The translations under genes were made by a program, and so were the position numbers. Under the pieces are notes generated by a model. The model was not told the origin of the DNA. It made no database searches and saw only the letters and a program-made list of their open reading frames with translations. Positions 49,258 to 59,826 of a stretch of DNA of 64,000 nt are shown here, piece by piece; positions within the stretch are counted from its first letter, which is position 1, and each line of letters begins with the position of its first letter. The stretch comes from Clostridiaceae bacterium (GTDB lineage: Bacteria; Bacillota; Clostridia; CAYPLH01; DUMO01): positions 62,001 through 126,000 of the forward strand of contig DUMO01000019.1 in the NCBI GenBank assembly GCA_012839865.1, read 5' to 3'.

Positions 49258-50370
49258 TTGAAAATGATTAACTTCTTCAAAAGAATAAGTAAAATATACA
49301 AATGGATACTAATATCAATTATTTTCCAATTTCTTTTACTCCTCTTTATAAATAATGTCTGGCTGGACAGAAAAATTGACAAGGCTAATTTGAAGATGAC
49401 AAATTATGAAGATGGTTCTGAAGGAGTAAGCACGCTTCAAAAGGGAAAGTCCCTGAGGCTTGAGCTTCCTGAGGGCACCGTGTCAGGCAGTGTGTCATTC
49501 GATGGAAATTATTTGGCATACTTGAAAGACAATAAAATTGAAATTGTCGATTTAAACAAAAATCAAAAAGTTCACACCATAGACGGCAGCTTTATAGTAG
49601 TTGACCGCATTAAGGACAGGGAGTCATTTGATGCGGTAATTTCCTATTTTGAATGGCTTAATGACAGGAACACCCTGATTTTTTCAGTCAGAGCTCCCGA
49701 CGGTCAGGAAGGAGTTGTCCAACTGGCTACCTACAATGTTGAAAGCGGCGAAACCCACGGGTTCCCGCCCGCCATGTACAAGCTGCCGGCAGGCAGTGAA
49801 GCTGTGGAAATTGAATATTCCACAAAAACCAATGTAATATATGTCAAGGTAAAAGTAAGGGCTGACGGTGCAGATATATACAGGTACAACATATTGGACC
49901 AGATTTCATATGTATTCAGCACCGATATAGGCATCATCTATTACAAGCTTAGTCTGACGGATAATTTTGTTTTTCAGGATAAAAAGAACAAACTTGCAGT
50001 CTGGAATGGTGAAAAATCGGAAATAATCCCGATACCCGTGGAGAAAAATGTCATACTTCTGGGAATCGGAGCAGGTGACACTGTTCTTGTGGGTGAACTT
50101 AACAATGACTACATAGAACGAATATATTACGGCAAAATCGACCAGGACTTTTTGGAATGGAACAGCATCGATACGGGAAGTCCTGTCTTGCCAAAAGATA
50201 TTGTAGTATCTCCGGATGGAAAGATTTATAAAAAAGATTCCGAAGCTCATACCCTGACTGAGATTCCCACAGGCGGCAAACTGAATTATAATGGTAAATT
50301 TCTGCAGATAACCGATAATTATATAATCAGTACCGACGGCAACTTTTTAATTATACACCGTTATCATTAA
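49258..50370 (+). CDS. Membrane-anchored beta-propeller-like hypothetical protein
   Basis: Single N-terminal TM; SVSFDGNYLAY, EWLNDRNTLIF, VSPDGKIY; 11 nt after the previous gene. Confidence 0.55.
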   Translation: MKMINFFKRISKIYKWILISIIFQFLLLLFINNVWLDRKIDKANLKMTNYEDGSEGVSTLQKGKSLRLELPEGTVSGSVSFDGNYLAYLKDNKIEIVDLNKNQKVHTIDGSFIVVDRIKDRESFDAVISYFEWLNDRNTLIFSVRAPDGQEGVVQLATYNVESGETHGFPPAMYKLPAGSEAVEIEYSTKTNVIYVKVKVRADGADIYRYNILDQISYVFSTDIGIIYYKLSLTDNFVFQDKKNKLAVWNGEKSEIIPIPVEKNVILLGIGAGDTVLVGELNNDYIERIYYGKIDQDFLEWNSIDTGSPVLPKDIVVSPDGKIYKKDSEAHTLTEIPTGGKLNYNGKFLQITDNYIISTDGNFLIIHRYH

Positions 50371-50573
50371 AACAGGTTAAGTTGACCAGGGCATAAAGGT
50401 CATTTTATAGCGCTATTTTACAGCATGTACTTTTTGCGAAGCTGGTTTAGCCAGGTTATTGGGAATAATTATAAAAAGTATGTTATATTTTATTATTTAA
50501 GGGTAAATATATTATAAAATTTATACAATACTAACTAAATAGGGAATATTCCGTAATTACAGGAGGTTTTGGT

Positions 50574-50906
50574 ATGGCAAGCGAAAAAGTAAAAATAATA
50601 ACCGGAGAAAACTTTGACGGAGTGGTTTTAAATTCAGACAAACCTGTCCTGGTTGATTTTTGGGCTGAATGGTGTGGTCCCTGCAGAGCAGTTTCTCCAA
50701 TAATAGACGAATTGGCTGCAGATTTCGACGGCAAAGCCATAATCGGAAAAGTAAACATTGAAGAGGAAAACGACCTGGCTACAAGAAGGTTCAGAATTAT
50801 GAGCATACCAACAATTATGCTGTTTAAAGATGGTCAGGTGGTTGAAAAGGTTGTTGGCGCAAGACCTAAACATGAACTGGCGGAGATGATCCAGAAACAC
50901 CTGTAA
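50574..50906 (+). CDS. trxA: Thioredoxin
   Basis: DFWAEWCGPC, MSIPT, VGARPK. Confidence 0.95.
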   Translation: MASEKVKIITGENFDGVVLNSDKPVLVDFWAEWCGPCRAVSPIIDELAADFDGKAIIGKVNIEEENDLATRRFRIMSIPTIMLFKDGQVVEKVVGARPKHELAEMIQKHL

Positions 50907-51344
50907 GGGAAAATGCTTGAATGCTCCGTTTTTTTGTAGGGAGATACAGCCGGTTTTTCTCCAAAACTGTATTTACCAAAGTATTGTTTCATGAACAACA
51001 TCTCTTAAGCTGCAACAAGGTCCGGTATGGAAAAACGCCACAGCAGCAACAGGGATGTTTGTTCATGAAATTGCAGTTGCATGGTTTTTTTATTTTACTT
51101 TGCAGATATTTTTCTGTCTGCATGCACTTCTTTTTTAACCAATATTTCATGCTGTCCCGTATATCATTTTATAAAAAGCAAATTATATGATTAACGGCTA
51201 AAAAGAATATTAGCTGAATTTTCCTTGCATTATATATTACATTTTCTGCAGTATATATTTATATTTCTTTAATTAACTATTTGGAGAAGTATGAAAATTA
51301 ATATGTTATGTCTGAAATTTTGAGTCTTTTAACTGGAGGTAAGC

Positions 51345-53903
51345 ATGTTTCTTTTAGGGAAAATCAAAGTTAAACCGGTAATACCGGAGAGGCTGTCCAG
51401 GCTTTATGACATTGCCTATAATCTATGGTGGTCCTGGAATCAAGAAGCAATAGATTTATTCCGGGAACTGGATGAAGAACTGTGGACAAAAGTGGAATCC
51501 AACCCGGTGAGGTTCATACAGGAGGCAAGTTACGAAAGGCTTCTTGAAAAAATGGCGGATCCCGGATATATGGATAAATATCATAAAGTTGTTGCGGATT
51601 TTGACTCTTACATGAATAAATCAAATACATGGTTTGAGAGGTTATATCCGGATAAAACAGGAGAAATCGCATACTTTTCAGCTGAATACGGATTAAGTGA
51701 GGTATTGCCCATATATTCAGGCGGATTGGGGGTTCTGTCCGGTGATCACTGCAAATCGGCCAGCGACCTTGGCTTGCCCTTCACCGCTGTTGGTCTTTTT
51801 TACAAGCATGGTTACTTTCACCAGCATATAAACCTGGACGGCTGGCAGGAGACCATTTACCCGCATCTTGATCCATCCCGGCTGCCTATACGGAAGGCCA
51901 CCGGTAAAGATGGCAATGAAGTAAAAATAAGTGTGGAGCTTCCCGGTCGAATGCTGTTTCTAAAGGTGTGGAAAGTGTCTGTCGGAAGAATAAATCTATA
52001 TCTTTTGGATTCGGATGTTGACGAAAACAGTGCCTCCGACCGCTCATTAACAGGCATTCTATACGGAGGTGACCAGGAGACCAGGATACAACAGGAAATA
52101 ATTCTGGGTATCGGAGGATACAGGGCTCTCAAAGCCTTGGGAATCAACCCGGATGTCTATCACATGAATGAAGGCCATTCGGCTTTTTTAGGTCTGGAAC
52201 TAATAAAATCCTTCATGAGGGAAAAAGGGTTTACATTCCGTGAAGCAAGGGAAGCCGTGGCTTCCTGCCTGGTGTTTACAACACATACTTCGGTGCCTGC
52301 CGGCAATGATGTTTTCCCCTATGCGATGATAGATAAATATTTCCACAATTATTGGGACTCACTGGGTATCAGTAGGCATGAATTTTTGGATTTAGGCGCA
52401 AAACCCGGGGACCATTATAATTTTAACATGACAATACTGGCCCTGAAACTTGCAGGAAGAAGAAATGGTGTAAGTGAATTGCATGGTGCCGTTTCAAGGA
52501 ATATTTTCTGCAGCACATGGAACAACATGCCTGAAGATGAAGTTCCAATCGGACATATCACAAATGGAGTCCACACATTCACATGGCTGAACAGGGACCT
52601 TCGAAATTTATTTGACAAATACCTTGACGGGGATTGGAAAGAAAAAGCATTCCTTCCTGAGACGTGGAATGACGTAGAAAACATACCCAATTCGGAACTA
52701 TGGACCATGCACTTAAGATGCAAAAAGGATATGATTGACTATCTTCGGGGAATGCTTAAACTGCAGCGCATGAAAAATGCTGAATCTTCCGAAAGCATGA
52801 GAGAAGCAGATAAAATATTGAATCCCGATGTTCTTACCATTGGCTTTGCCAGAAGATTCGCAACTTATAAAAGGGCGGACCTCATATTCAAAGATATCGA
52901 CCGCATAAGAAAAATACTGAACAACCCGGACAGGCCTGTGCAAGTCATATTTGCGGGGAAGGCGCATCCTGCCGACCGTCCTGCCCATGAAATTATTAAA
53001 CAGATAAATGATATTTCAAGGCTGGAGGGTTTCAAAGGAAAGATATTGCTGCTGGAAAACTACAACATGCAAATGGCCCGCAAGCTTATTTCAGGTGTTG
53101 ACGTCTGGCTGAACAACCCGAGAAGACCCCTTGAGGCCAGCGGTACCAGCGGACAGAAGGCTGCTGTAAACGGCATTTTAAATTTCAGTGTGCTGGATGG
53201 CTGGTGGTGTGAAGGCTACAATGGAAAGAACGGCTGGATTATCGGCAGTGACATGGTCTATGACGATGATTGCCGGCAGGATTATGAGGACAGTCTCTCT
53301 TTATATGAAGTCCTGGAAAATGAAATCATACCCCTTTATTATTGCCGGGATGAACAGGGAATTCCTCAAATGTGGATAGAAAAAATGAAAGAGTCCGTAA
53401 AAACCACTGCATATCGCTACAGCACCCACAGAATGGTCATCGATTACACCAATAAAATGTATATTCCTTCCATTGATCGAATAAGATATGTTTTGGAACA
53501 AAAAGGACTAATAAAAGAATTGTCCGAATGGAAGCAGTTTGTGGAAAAGAACTGGGCCTCTGTCAGCATTGAGGCCGAAAAAACCATGGACAAACTTTCC
53601 TATAAGGAAGTTGAAAGCGGCAATTCCGTAAAACTTACAGCTGTTGTCCACCTGGGAGACATTCCTCCTGCATACGTCAAAGTGGAAACCTACTATGGCA
53701 AAATTCAGGATGACAATACAATTGAAGATTCCAGGACCGCTGAAATGAATATGATTGAGGAAACCTCACAGGGAATATATAAATACTCGACTGATATTGC
53801 AATAAAAGAGGGCGGTGAATACGGTTATACCTTCAGAGTCATACCCCACCATCCCAATCTGATAAATAAATTCGAAACAGGCCTTATAAGGTGGGTTGTG
53901 TAG
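51345..53903 (+). CDS. glgP: Alpha-glucan (glycogen) phosphorylase
   Basis: YFSAEYG, YSGGLGVLSGD, HMNEGH, GFARRFATYKR, EASGTSGQK. Confidence 0.93.
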   Translation: MFLLGKIKVKPVIPERLSRLYDIAYNLWWSWNQEAIDLFRELDEELWTKVESNPVRFIQEASYERLLEKMADPGYMDKYHKVVADFDSYMNKSNTWFERLYPDKTGEIAYFSAEYGLSEVLPIYSGGLGVLSGDHCKSASDLGLPFTAVGLFYKHGYFHQHINLDGWQETIYPHLDPSRLPIRKATGKDGNEVKISVELPGRMLFLKVWKVSVGRINLYLLDSDVDENSASDRSLTGILYGGDQETRIQQEIILGIGGYRALKALGINPDVYHMNEGHSAFLGLELIKSFMREKGFTFREAREAVASCLVFTTHTSVPAGNDVFPYAMIDKYFHNYWDSLGISRHEFLDLGAKPGDHYNFNMTILALKLAGRRNGVSELHGAVSRNIFCSTWNNMPEDEVPIGHITNGVHTFTWLNRDLRNLFDKYLDGDWKEKAFLPETWNDVENIPNSELWTMHLRCKKDMIDYLRGMLKLQRMKNAESSESMREADKILNPDVLTIGFARRFATYKRADLIFKDIDRIRKILNNPDRPVQVIFAGKAHPADRPAHEIIKQINDISRLEGFKGKILLLENYNMQMARKLISGVDVWLNNPRRPLEASGTSGQKAAVNGILNFSVLDGWWCEGYNGKNGWIIGSDMVYDDDCRQDYEDSLSLYEVLENEIIPLYYCRDEQGIPQMWIEKMKESVKTTAYRYSTHRMVIDYTNKMYIPSIDRIRYVLEQKGLIKELSEWKQFVEKNWASVSIEAEKTMDKLSYKEVESGNSVKLTAVVHLGDIPPAYVKVETYYGKIQDDNTIEDSRTAEMNMIEETSQGIYKYSTDIAIKEGGEYGYTFRVIPHHPNLINKFETGLIRWVV

Positions 53904-54053
53904 GAGGACCAAAACCCGGTTATTCATCATGAACTGCCCAGGTGTTGCAGATCCATTGTTTTAAGCCTTATTGGAGCCAATGACTCATAAAGCAAAATGT
54001 GTGAACAGCAACACTTGTACCAGACTGCATGAAGTCAAATTGTCCAAGGTGGG

Positions 54054-54863
54054 TTGTCCAAGGTGTATAAAATTCTTGTAAAGCTGTACAACAGGTTTAT
54101 TGAGGATGAGGTTCCGGCATTATCGGCTCAACTGAGCTATTCACTTATTTTTGCCTTTTTTCCGTTTCTGATTTTCCTTCTGACCCTGGCGGGCTACACT
54201 CCCCTAACCAGTGAGGGGGTTCTTAACGACCTTGCATTAATTCTGCCTGAATCGACATATGACCTTGTTATTGAAATAGCGCGGGATATTGTGAAAAAAA
54301 GAAGCGGTACCCTGCTTTCCTTCAGTATGCTGGGAACTTTATGGGCGTCCTCCAATGGATTGTCCGCACTTTTGAGAGCATTCAACCGGGCTTACAACCA
54401 CAGGGAAAGCCGGCCTTTTTTTCTGGTAAAGGCATTAACCCTGGTTTATACTATCGGGCTTGCACTGGTTATATTGATCATTTTTTCGTTTATTATTTTC
54501 GGTGAAATAATTGGAAGATACTTATTTGAAGCAGCCGGCTATTCAGACTATTTCATTAAAATCTGGGATATAGCCAGATATGTAATTTCCCTGTTTTCCA
54601 TTCTTATGGTAATTTTCCTGCTCTATTACATTCTTCCAAACAAAAAAATGAAGTTTTCCGAAATTGTACCCGGTTCAATATTTGCAACTGTTGCCTGGAT
54701 TTCCATATCCCTTGGCTTTTCCTTTTATGTGAACAATTTTACAAGCTACTCAACCACATACGGGAGCATTGGCGGTGTAATTGTCCTCTTATTGTGGTTG
54801 TACTGGAGCAGCGTTATTCTGATTATGGGAGCAGAGTTGAATGCAGTACTGGCCAGCAGCTAA
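54054..54863 (+). CDS. YihY/BrkB-family membrane protein
   Basis: SAQLSYSLIFAFFP, LWASSNG, YSTTYGSIGGVIVLLLWLY; TTG start. Confidence 0.85.
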   Translation: MSKVYKILVKLYNRFIEDEVPALSAQLSYSLIFAFFPFLIFLLTLAGYTPLTSEGVLNDLALILPESTYDLVIEIARDIVKKRSGTLLSFSMLGTLWASSNGLSALLRAFNRAYNHRESRPFFLVKALTLVYTIGLALVILIIFSFIIFGEIIGRYLFEAAGYSDYFIKIWDIARYVISLFSILMVIFLLYYILPNKKMKFSEIVPGSIFATVAWISISLGFSFYVNNFTSYSTTYGSIGGVIVLLLWLYWSSVILIMGAELNAVLASS

Positions 54864-54865
54864 AC

Positions 54866-55124
54866 CAGGGACCAAGGGGACAGTTCTCTTGATTCCCTCA
54901 AAAGAGAAATCCGGGATGAACCAGGGTAAACCAGGGGGACTAGGGACTGCCCCGGGAAAGCAAAGGGTGTCCCCCCAGAAAGACCAGGAGGACGGTTCCT
55001 TTGGTTCCCTCATAGTAGAAATCCGGGATGAACCAGGGTAAGCCAGGAGGACCTGGGACAGCTCCGGAAAACCAAGGGAACCCCCAAAGGAGGGAACCGG
55101 AAGAACCGTCCCCCTGGTCCCCTG
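54866..55124. repeat. REP/MITE-like element 3 with ~112-bp internal tandem duplication
   Basis: Ends CAGGGACCAAGGGGACAGTTCT and AGAACCGTCCCCCTGGTCCCCTG; identical 24-mer GAAATCCGGGATGAACCAGGGTAA at 54906 and 55018. Confidence 0.8.
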
Positions 55125-55133
55125 TCCCCTCCC

Positions 55134-55162
55134 TTGACATTTTAGTTCTTACATGGTAAATT
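55134..55162 (+). promoter_or_regulatory. SigA promoter of the riboswitch/P-type ATPase unit
   Basis: TTGACA-17 bp-TAAATT with extended -10 TG, a few nt before the aptamer. Confidence 0.75.
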
Positions 55163-55167
55163 ATACT

Positions 55168-55258
55168 TGTTAGAGGGGAGTAGCTTCTAGTTATAAAACC
55201 AACAACCGGCCAAAAGCCTGGTTTTATAATCCGTAAATGGAAAGCGAGACTTTTAACA
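55168..55258 (+). ncRNA. yybP-ykoY (Mn2+) riboswitch
   Basis: TGTTAGAG-GGGAGTAGC ... CAACAA loop in TTATAAAACC/GGTTTTATAA stem ... AGCGAGAC-TTTTAACA. Confidence 0.82.
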
Positions 55259-55292
55259 TAGTTCTTCGGAATTATGTTGAAAGTCTTTTTTA
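55248..55292 (+). terminator. Terminator overlapping the 3' strand of the yybP-ykoY P1 (ON-switch geometry)
   Basis: GACTTTTAACATAGTTC-TTCG-GAATTATGTTGAAAGTC-TTTTTT. Confidence 0.82.
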
Positions 55293-55572
55293 AATTGTAC
55301 ACATTTGTCTTACATTTATTAAACCTGACATCCTGGAAGGCTTTCAACTGCGCTTTCCATACGGCAACCACATTGAAGAGGTTTTACTTCGACTTTTATT
55401 TAATCCAGTGTTAATTCAAATACTATTTGGGTAACAATCAGATTATTGGATTTTGGAACGTAGAATTTAATTTATTGAAGTATAGCCCGAAATTTTTATA
55501 AATATCTATAGAGTGTTACATGTATTTAATCAACGTTTTTTTGTCAGACTAAATTTGGAAAGGAGAAAAAAA

Positions 55573-58236
55573 ATGGATAAAGAAAACTTACAGCCAACCA
55601 AACCTTACCACACCTTGACTGTAGATGAAACCTATGAAGCTCTGAATACAAACCCCGCTGGCCTGGACGAGAAGGATACCCGGGGAAGAATTTCTGTTTA
55701 TGGTCCAAATGAACTGAAGGAAGAAAAAGGCCGCTCATTATTCGCTAAATTTCTGGACCAGTTTAAAGATATAATGATAATAATTCTTCTTATAGCTGCC
55801 GGCATTTCAGGCTTCATGGGGGAAATTACCGATACCGTTATAATTCTTGCAGTGGTTCTAATCAATGCAGTTCTCGGGGTAATGCAGGAAAGCAAGGCTG
55901 AAAAAGCGCTGGCAGCTTTAAAAAAGATGTCAGCCCCCTTTGCAAAAGTTAAAAGAAACGGTGATGTAAAGCATATAAAAGCATCCGAGATTGTACCCGG
56001 TGACATTGTAATCCTTGAAGCCGGCGATTATGTGCCGGCGGATCTGAGGCTTATCGAATCCTCCAACCTGAAAATTGAAGAAGCTTCCTTAACAGGAGAA
56101 TCAGTACCTGTTGAAAAATCGACAGGCAAAATAGATAAGGAGGATGTTGTTATTGGTGACAGGCATAATATGGCCTACGCCGGAAGCGTTGTCACCTATG
56201 GCCGGGGAAGCGGCATAGCAGTCGGAACAGGCATAAATACCGAGGTCGGTAAGATAGCAGGATACCTTTCAGCCAGGGAAACCGAACAAACCCCCTTGCA
56301 GCAAAAGCTGGCGGAACTGGGGAAATACCTTACCATTGCAATTCTTGCAGTAGCCGTTGTTATATTCATAGTGGGGGTAGTTGGCGGAAGGCCATATCTT
56401 GACATGTTCCTCACAGCTGTCAGCCTGGCGGTTGCAGCCATACCGGAAGGTTTACCTGCCGTTGTAACAATTGTCCTGGCATTGGGCGTTCAGAGAATGG
56501 CCAAAAGAAACACCATAGTTCGAAAACTGCCTGCCGTTGAGACTTTGGGAAGCACCCAGATAATATGTTCAGATAAAACTGGAACCCTAACACAAAACAA
56601 GATGACTGTAAGGCAAATCTATGTTGATGAAAATATTGTGGACGAAAATGAATTCAAAACTGACAGCAGAAGTTCCCAAATATTAATGCAGGTCTTAACT
56701 CTTTGCAACGATTCAAAGCTTGAACATGGCTCTGCCAGGGTTCTTGGAGATCCCACGGAAACAGCCCTGGTGTCATTTGCCCTTGACAAAGGCTATAATA
56801 AGAACGAAATGGACGAAAAGCACCCTCGCAAGAACGAAATACCTTTTGATTCCGACCGGAAATTAATGACGACATTGAATTTAACTGAAGAAGGATACCG
56901 GGTACTTACAAAAGGAGCTCCCGACGTGCTTATTGAACGTTGCAGCCATGTGCTTGCCGGGGATGAAGTCAAACCATTAACAAAAGAGTTTATTTCCGCC
57001 TTCCAGAAAGCCAATTCCAAAATGGCAGGCAATGCTCTTCGCGTCCTTGCAGTTGCATACAAGGATATTGAAAACTATCCGGAGGTGCTTACAACTGAAG
57101 AAACGGAAAATGGCCTGACTCTTGTGGCACTGGTGGGTATGATCGATCCTCCGAGGCCGGAGGTCAGGGATGCTGTGGAGGTCTGCAAAAAAGCAGGAAT
57201 CAGGCCAATAATGATTACCGGAGACCACAGGGATACTGCCGTTGCGATTGCCGGAGAGCTTGAAATTTTGAGTTCCGGGGATGAGGTGATAACCGGCCGC
57301 GAGCTTAACGCAATCAGCGAGGAAGAGTTTGAAAACAATGTGGAAAAATACTCGGTTTATGCCAGGGTTTCTCCTGAGCACAAGGTAAGAATTGTAAAGG
57401 CGTGGAAGAAAAAAGGCAAGACCGTAGCCATGACGGGAGACGGAGTCAATGATGCCCCTGCCCTAAAAATAGCAGACATAGGAGTCGGTATGGGAATAAC
57501 CGGTACCGATGTTGCAAAGGGAGTGTCGGACATGGTACTGACGGATGACAACTTTGCCACAATAGTTGAGGCGGTTAAGGAAGGCAGGACAATTTACAGC
57601 AATATAAGAAAAGTAGTCCAGTACCTTTTGTCAGCAAACACCGGTGAGATAATAACCCTGTTCCTTGCAACCATGTTCCATTGGAAAATACTCTATCCGA
57701 TTCATATACTTTGGATAAACCTTGTTACAGATACATTTCCCGCCCTTGCCCTGGGTGTTGAAAAGCCTGACAGGGATGTTATGACAGAAAAACCCCGGCC
57801 GGCAAGCCAAAGCGTTTTTTCTGAAGGATTTGGCATAAATATTGTATATCAAGGTATACTGGAAGGCATTACAACTTTGGTAACCTACTATATCAGCCTT
57901 GTGAATTATGGCCCGGATGTAGCGGTTACAATGGCTTTCGCCACCCTTGGGCTCATTCAGCTGGTGCATGTATTCAATGTTCGCACCGGAAACAATTCAG
58001 TTGCCACCAAAGGCCTTTTTTCCAACATGTATCTGATTGGAGCCATACTACTGGCGGGGCTTTTGCAGATAATAGTCATTTTGATGCCGCAGCTTAACAC
58101 AATTTTCAAAGTGCAACATCTGAATTTGGAGCAATGGGTTATCGTAATAATAGCTTCCTTTTCCATAATACCAATAGTTGAGGTTATAAAGTCCATAAGA
58201 AATTTTATTGCACGCAAAAAGCAGCATAAAAATTGA
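55573..58236 (+). CDS. P2A-type cation (Ca2+/Mn2+) transporting ATPase
   Basis: TGES, PEGL, DKTGT, KGAP, DPPR, TGDH, GDGVNDAP; RBS AAGGAG. Confidence 0.93.
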   Translation: MDKENLQPTKPYHTLTVDETYEALNTNPAGLDEKDTRGRISVYGPNELKEEKGRSLFAKFLDQFKDIMIIILLIAAGISGFMGEITDTVIILAVVLINAVLGVMQESKAEKALAALKKMSAPFAKVKRNGDVKHIKASEIVPGDIVILEAGDYVPADLRLIESSNLKIEEASLTGESVPVEKSTGKIDKEDVVIGDRHNMAYAGSVVTYGRGSGIAVGTGINTEVGKIAGYLSARETEQTPLQQKLAELGKYLTIAILAVAVVIFIVGVVGGRPYLDMFLTAVSLAVAAIPEGLPAVVTIVLALGVQRMAKRNTIVRKLPAVETLGSTQIICSDKTGTLTQNKMTVRQIYVDENIVDENEFKTDSRSSQILMQVLTLCNDSKLEHGSARVLGDPTETALVSFALDKGYNKNEMDEKHPRKNEIPFDSDRKLMTTLNLTEEGYRVLTKGAPDVLIERCSHVLAGDEVKPLTKEFISAFQKANSKMAGNALRVLAVAYKDIENYPEVLTTEETENGLTLVALVGMIDPPRPEVRDAVEVCKKAGIRPIMITGDHRDTAVAIAGELEILSSGDEVITGRELNAISEEEFENNVEKYSVYARVSPEHKVRIVKAWKKKGKTVAMTGDGVNDAPALKIADIGVGMGITGTDVAKGVSDMVLTDDNFATIVEAVKEGRTIYSNIRKVVQYLLSANTGEIITLFLATMFHWKILYPIHILWINLVTDTFPALALGVEKPDRDVMTEKPRPASQSVFSEGFGINIVYQGILEGITTLVTYYISLVNYGPDVAVTMAFATLGLIQLVHVFNVRTGNNSVATKGLFSNMYLIGAILLAGLLQIIVILMPQLNTIFKVQHLNLEQWVIVIIASFSIIPIVEVIKSIRNFIARKKQHKN

Positions 58237-58509
58237 AAAACTTAAAATAGCTGAATTAAATTAACTGTTTACAGTCGCAAAGTGTCCGGACATAAATCAG
58301 GCAAAAGTAAAACCATTTTGGTCAATTGTTGCTTAAGACAGCTTTTTTATGTACAATAATAATTGACAGTAAATATTTTTAAAGACATCATTTAAACGCA
58401 TATTATAAACCTTGATGAGAATTTGGAAATGTCCCAAAGCCAAGACTTTCTGGCAGGAAAACGGATTGGGCACCGGTTGAAGGTTAGATTGGCTTTTTAC
58501 GGAGGTATC

Positions 58510-59826
58510 ATGTTAAAAGAATTTGAGAGCACGCCAACCGCCTCTTTTATAAATAAAATATTCCGCGCAGGGAATAAACTTAATACGAGCAGTTTATTAG
58601 CATATATAATGTTGGCCTTTTTTTGCCTGTCCTTATTGCCCATGAATGTCTTCGCCCTTGACAATCCGCCTGAAGTCAGTGCAGTTTCCGCTATTTTGAT
58701 GGAGGCAAGGCGGGGACAGATTTTGTATGAAAAAGAGGTAGACAGGAAACTTCATATTTCAATTGCCAATAAAATAATGACCGCATTGCTTGTCGTAGAA
58801 AACGGCAATCTTGATTCTGATGTTACAATAAGCAAAGAGGCGGCCTCTACCGAAGGTTCCTTGCTATGGCTGAAAGTTGGAGAAAAATACAATGTCCGGC
58901 AACTGGTTTGCGCCATTTTAATCACTTCTGCCAATGATGCCGCCCAAGCCCTTGCCGAGCACGTTGGAGGCAGCACCAAAAAATTCACTGAAATGATGAA
59001 TAATAAGGCAAAAGAGCTGGGTTTGCAGAATACGCATTTTGAAAACCCTACAGGCCTTTTGGATGAAAACCAGTATACCACCGCCCGTGACCTGGCGGTT
59101 CTTGTCCGGTATGCAATATCAAACCCCACTTTCAGCTCCATGTTTGCATACAGGGGAATGACCTGGATAGACGGAGCTAATTATGATTATTTTATTAACG
59201 GCAATGAGATGTTCCAGCGTTACGAACCTACAGAAGGGGGAAAAATAGGTTTTAACGATCCGTCAAAGCACTCGATTGTAACCACAGCAAGAAAAAGCAA
59301 CCAGAGGCTGATTTGCATTGTCCTGGATACCCCTCCCGGGAAACTGTATGATGATTCAATAAAAATCCTCGAATATGGTTTTAACAACTATACTTCGGAC
59401 ATATTGGTGTTTAACGGTCAAGCTGTCAATAAGACTTTAAAGATCGGTGATACCGAGGTGAATCTTGTAAGCAACAGTGACGTCATCTACTCCCGGCCCA
59501 CCGATGATTTTATTGACTTGATAAAAAGCATATCTTTCAATATACCGGAACACATATCCCCTCCTGTTACAAAATCAACTGTTGTAGGTACTGCAAATTA
59601 TATACTCTTTGACGGAACTGTAATAAACGTACCTCTTTACCCTGACAGGGATGTACCGTTGCCTAAAACTGCGTCATCACTTTTTATTAACAAATTAACC
59701 GAAAACAAGGAGCTTCTTTACCTGCTGCTAATACTTTTGGGCATTGAGGGTTTATTGATATTATTCAACATATTGCGGGCCGTTAAAAAACTATTCACCC
59801 GCAACAGGCAGCAGATAAAAGGTTGA
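58510..59826 (+). CDS. S11 DD-carboxypeptidase homologue with degenerate active site
   Basis: SAN, HFENPTGL and TTARDLA present; SxxK position reads IANK and KTG reads KIG; N-terminal signal and C-terminal TM. Confidence 0.8.
   Translation: MLKEFESTPTASFINKIFRAGNKLNTSSLLAYIMLAFFCLSLLPMNVFALDNPPEVSAVSAILMEARRGQILYEKEVDRKLHISIANKIMTALLVVENGNLDSDVTISKEAASTEGSLLWLKVGEKYNVRQLVCAILITSANDAAQALAEHVGGSTKKFTEMMNNKAKELGLQNTHFENPTGLLDENQYTTARDLAVLVRYAISNPTFSSMFAYRGMTWIDGANYDYFINGNEMFQRYEPTEGGKIGFNDPSKHSIVTTARKSNQRLICIVLDTPPGKLYDDSIKILEYGFNNYTSDILVFNGQAVNKTLKIGDTEVNLVSNSDVIYSRPTDDFIDLIKSISFNIPEHISPPVTKSTVVGTANYILFDGTVINVPLYPDRDVPLPKTASSLFINKLTENKELLYLLLILLGIEGLLILFNILRAVKKLFTRNRQQIKG

Noticed and set aside
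54047..54072. 12-bp direct repeat TTGTCCAAGGTG at the brkB start
   Set aside because: Too short; no evidence of an operator or insertion.
54789..55371. Pro/Gly-rich ORFs across repeat element 3
   Set aside because: By-products of the G/C-run repeat; they overlap a promoter and riboswitch.
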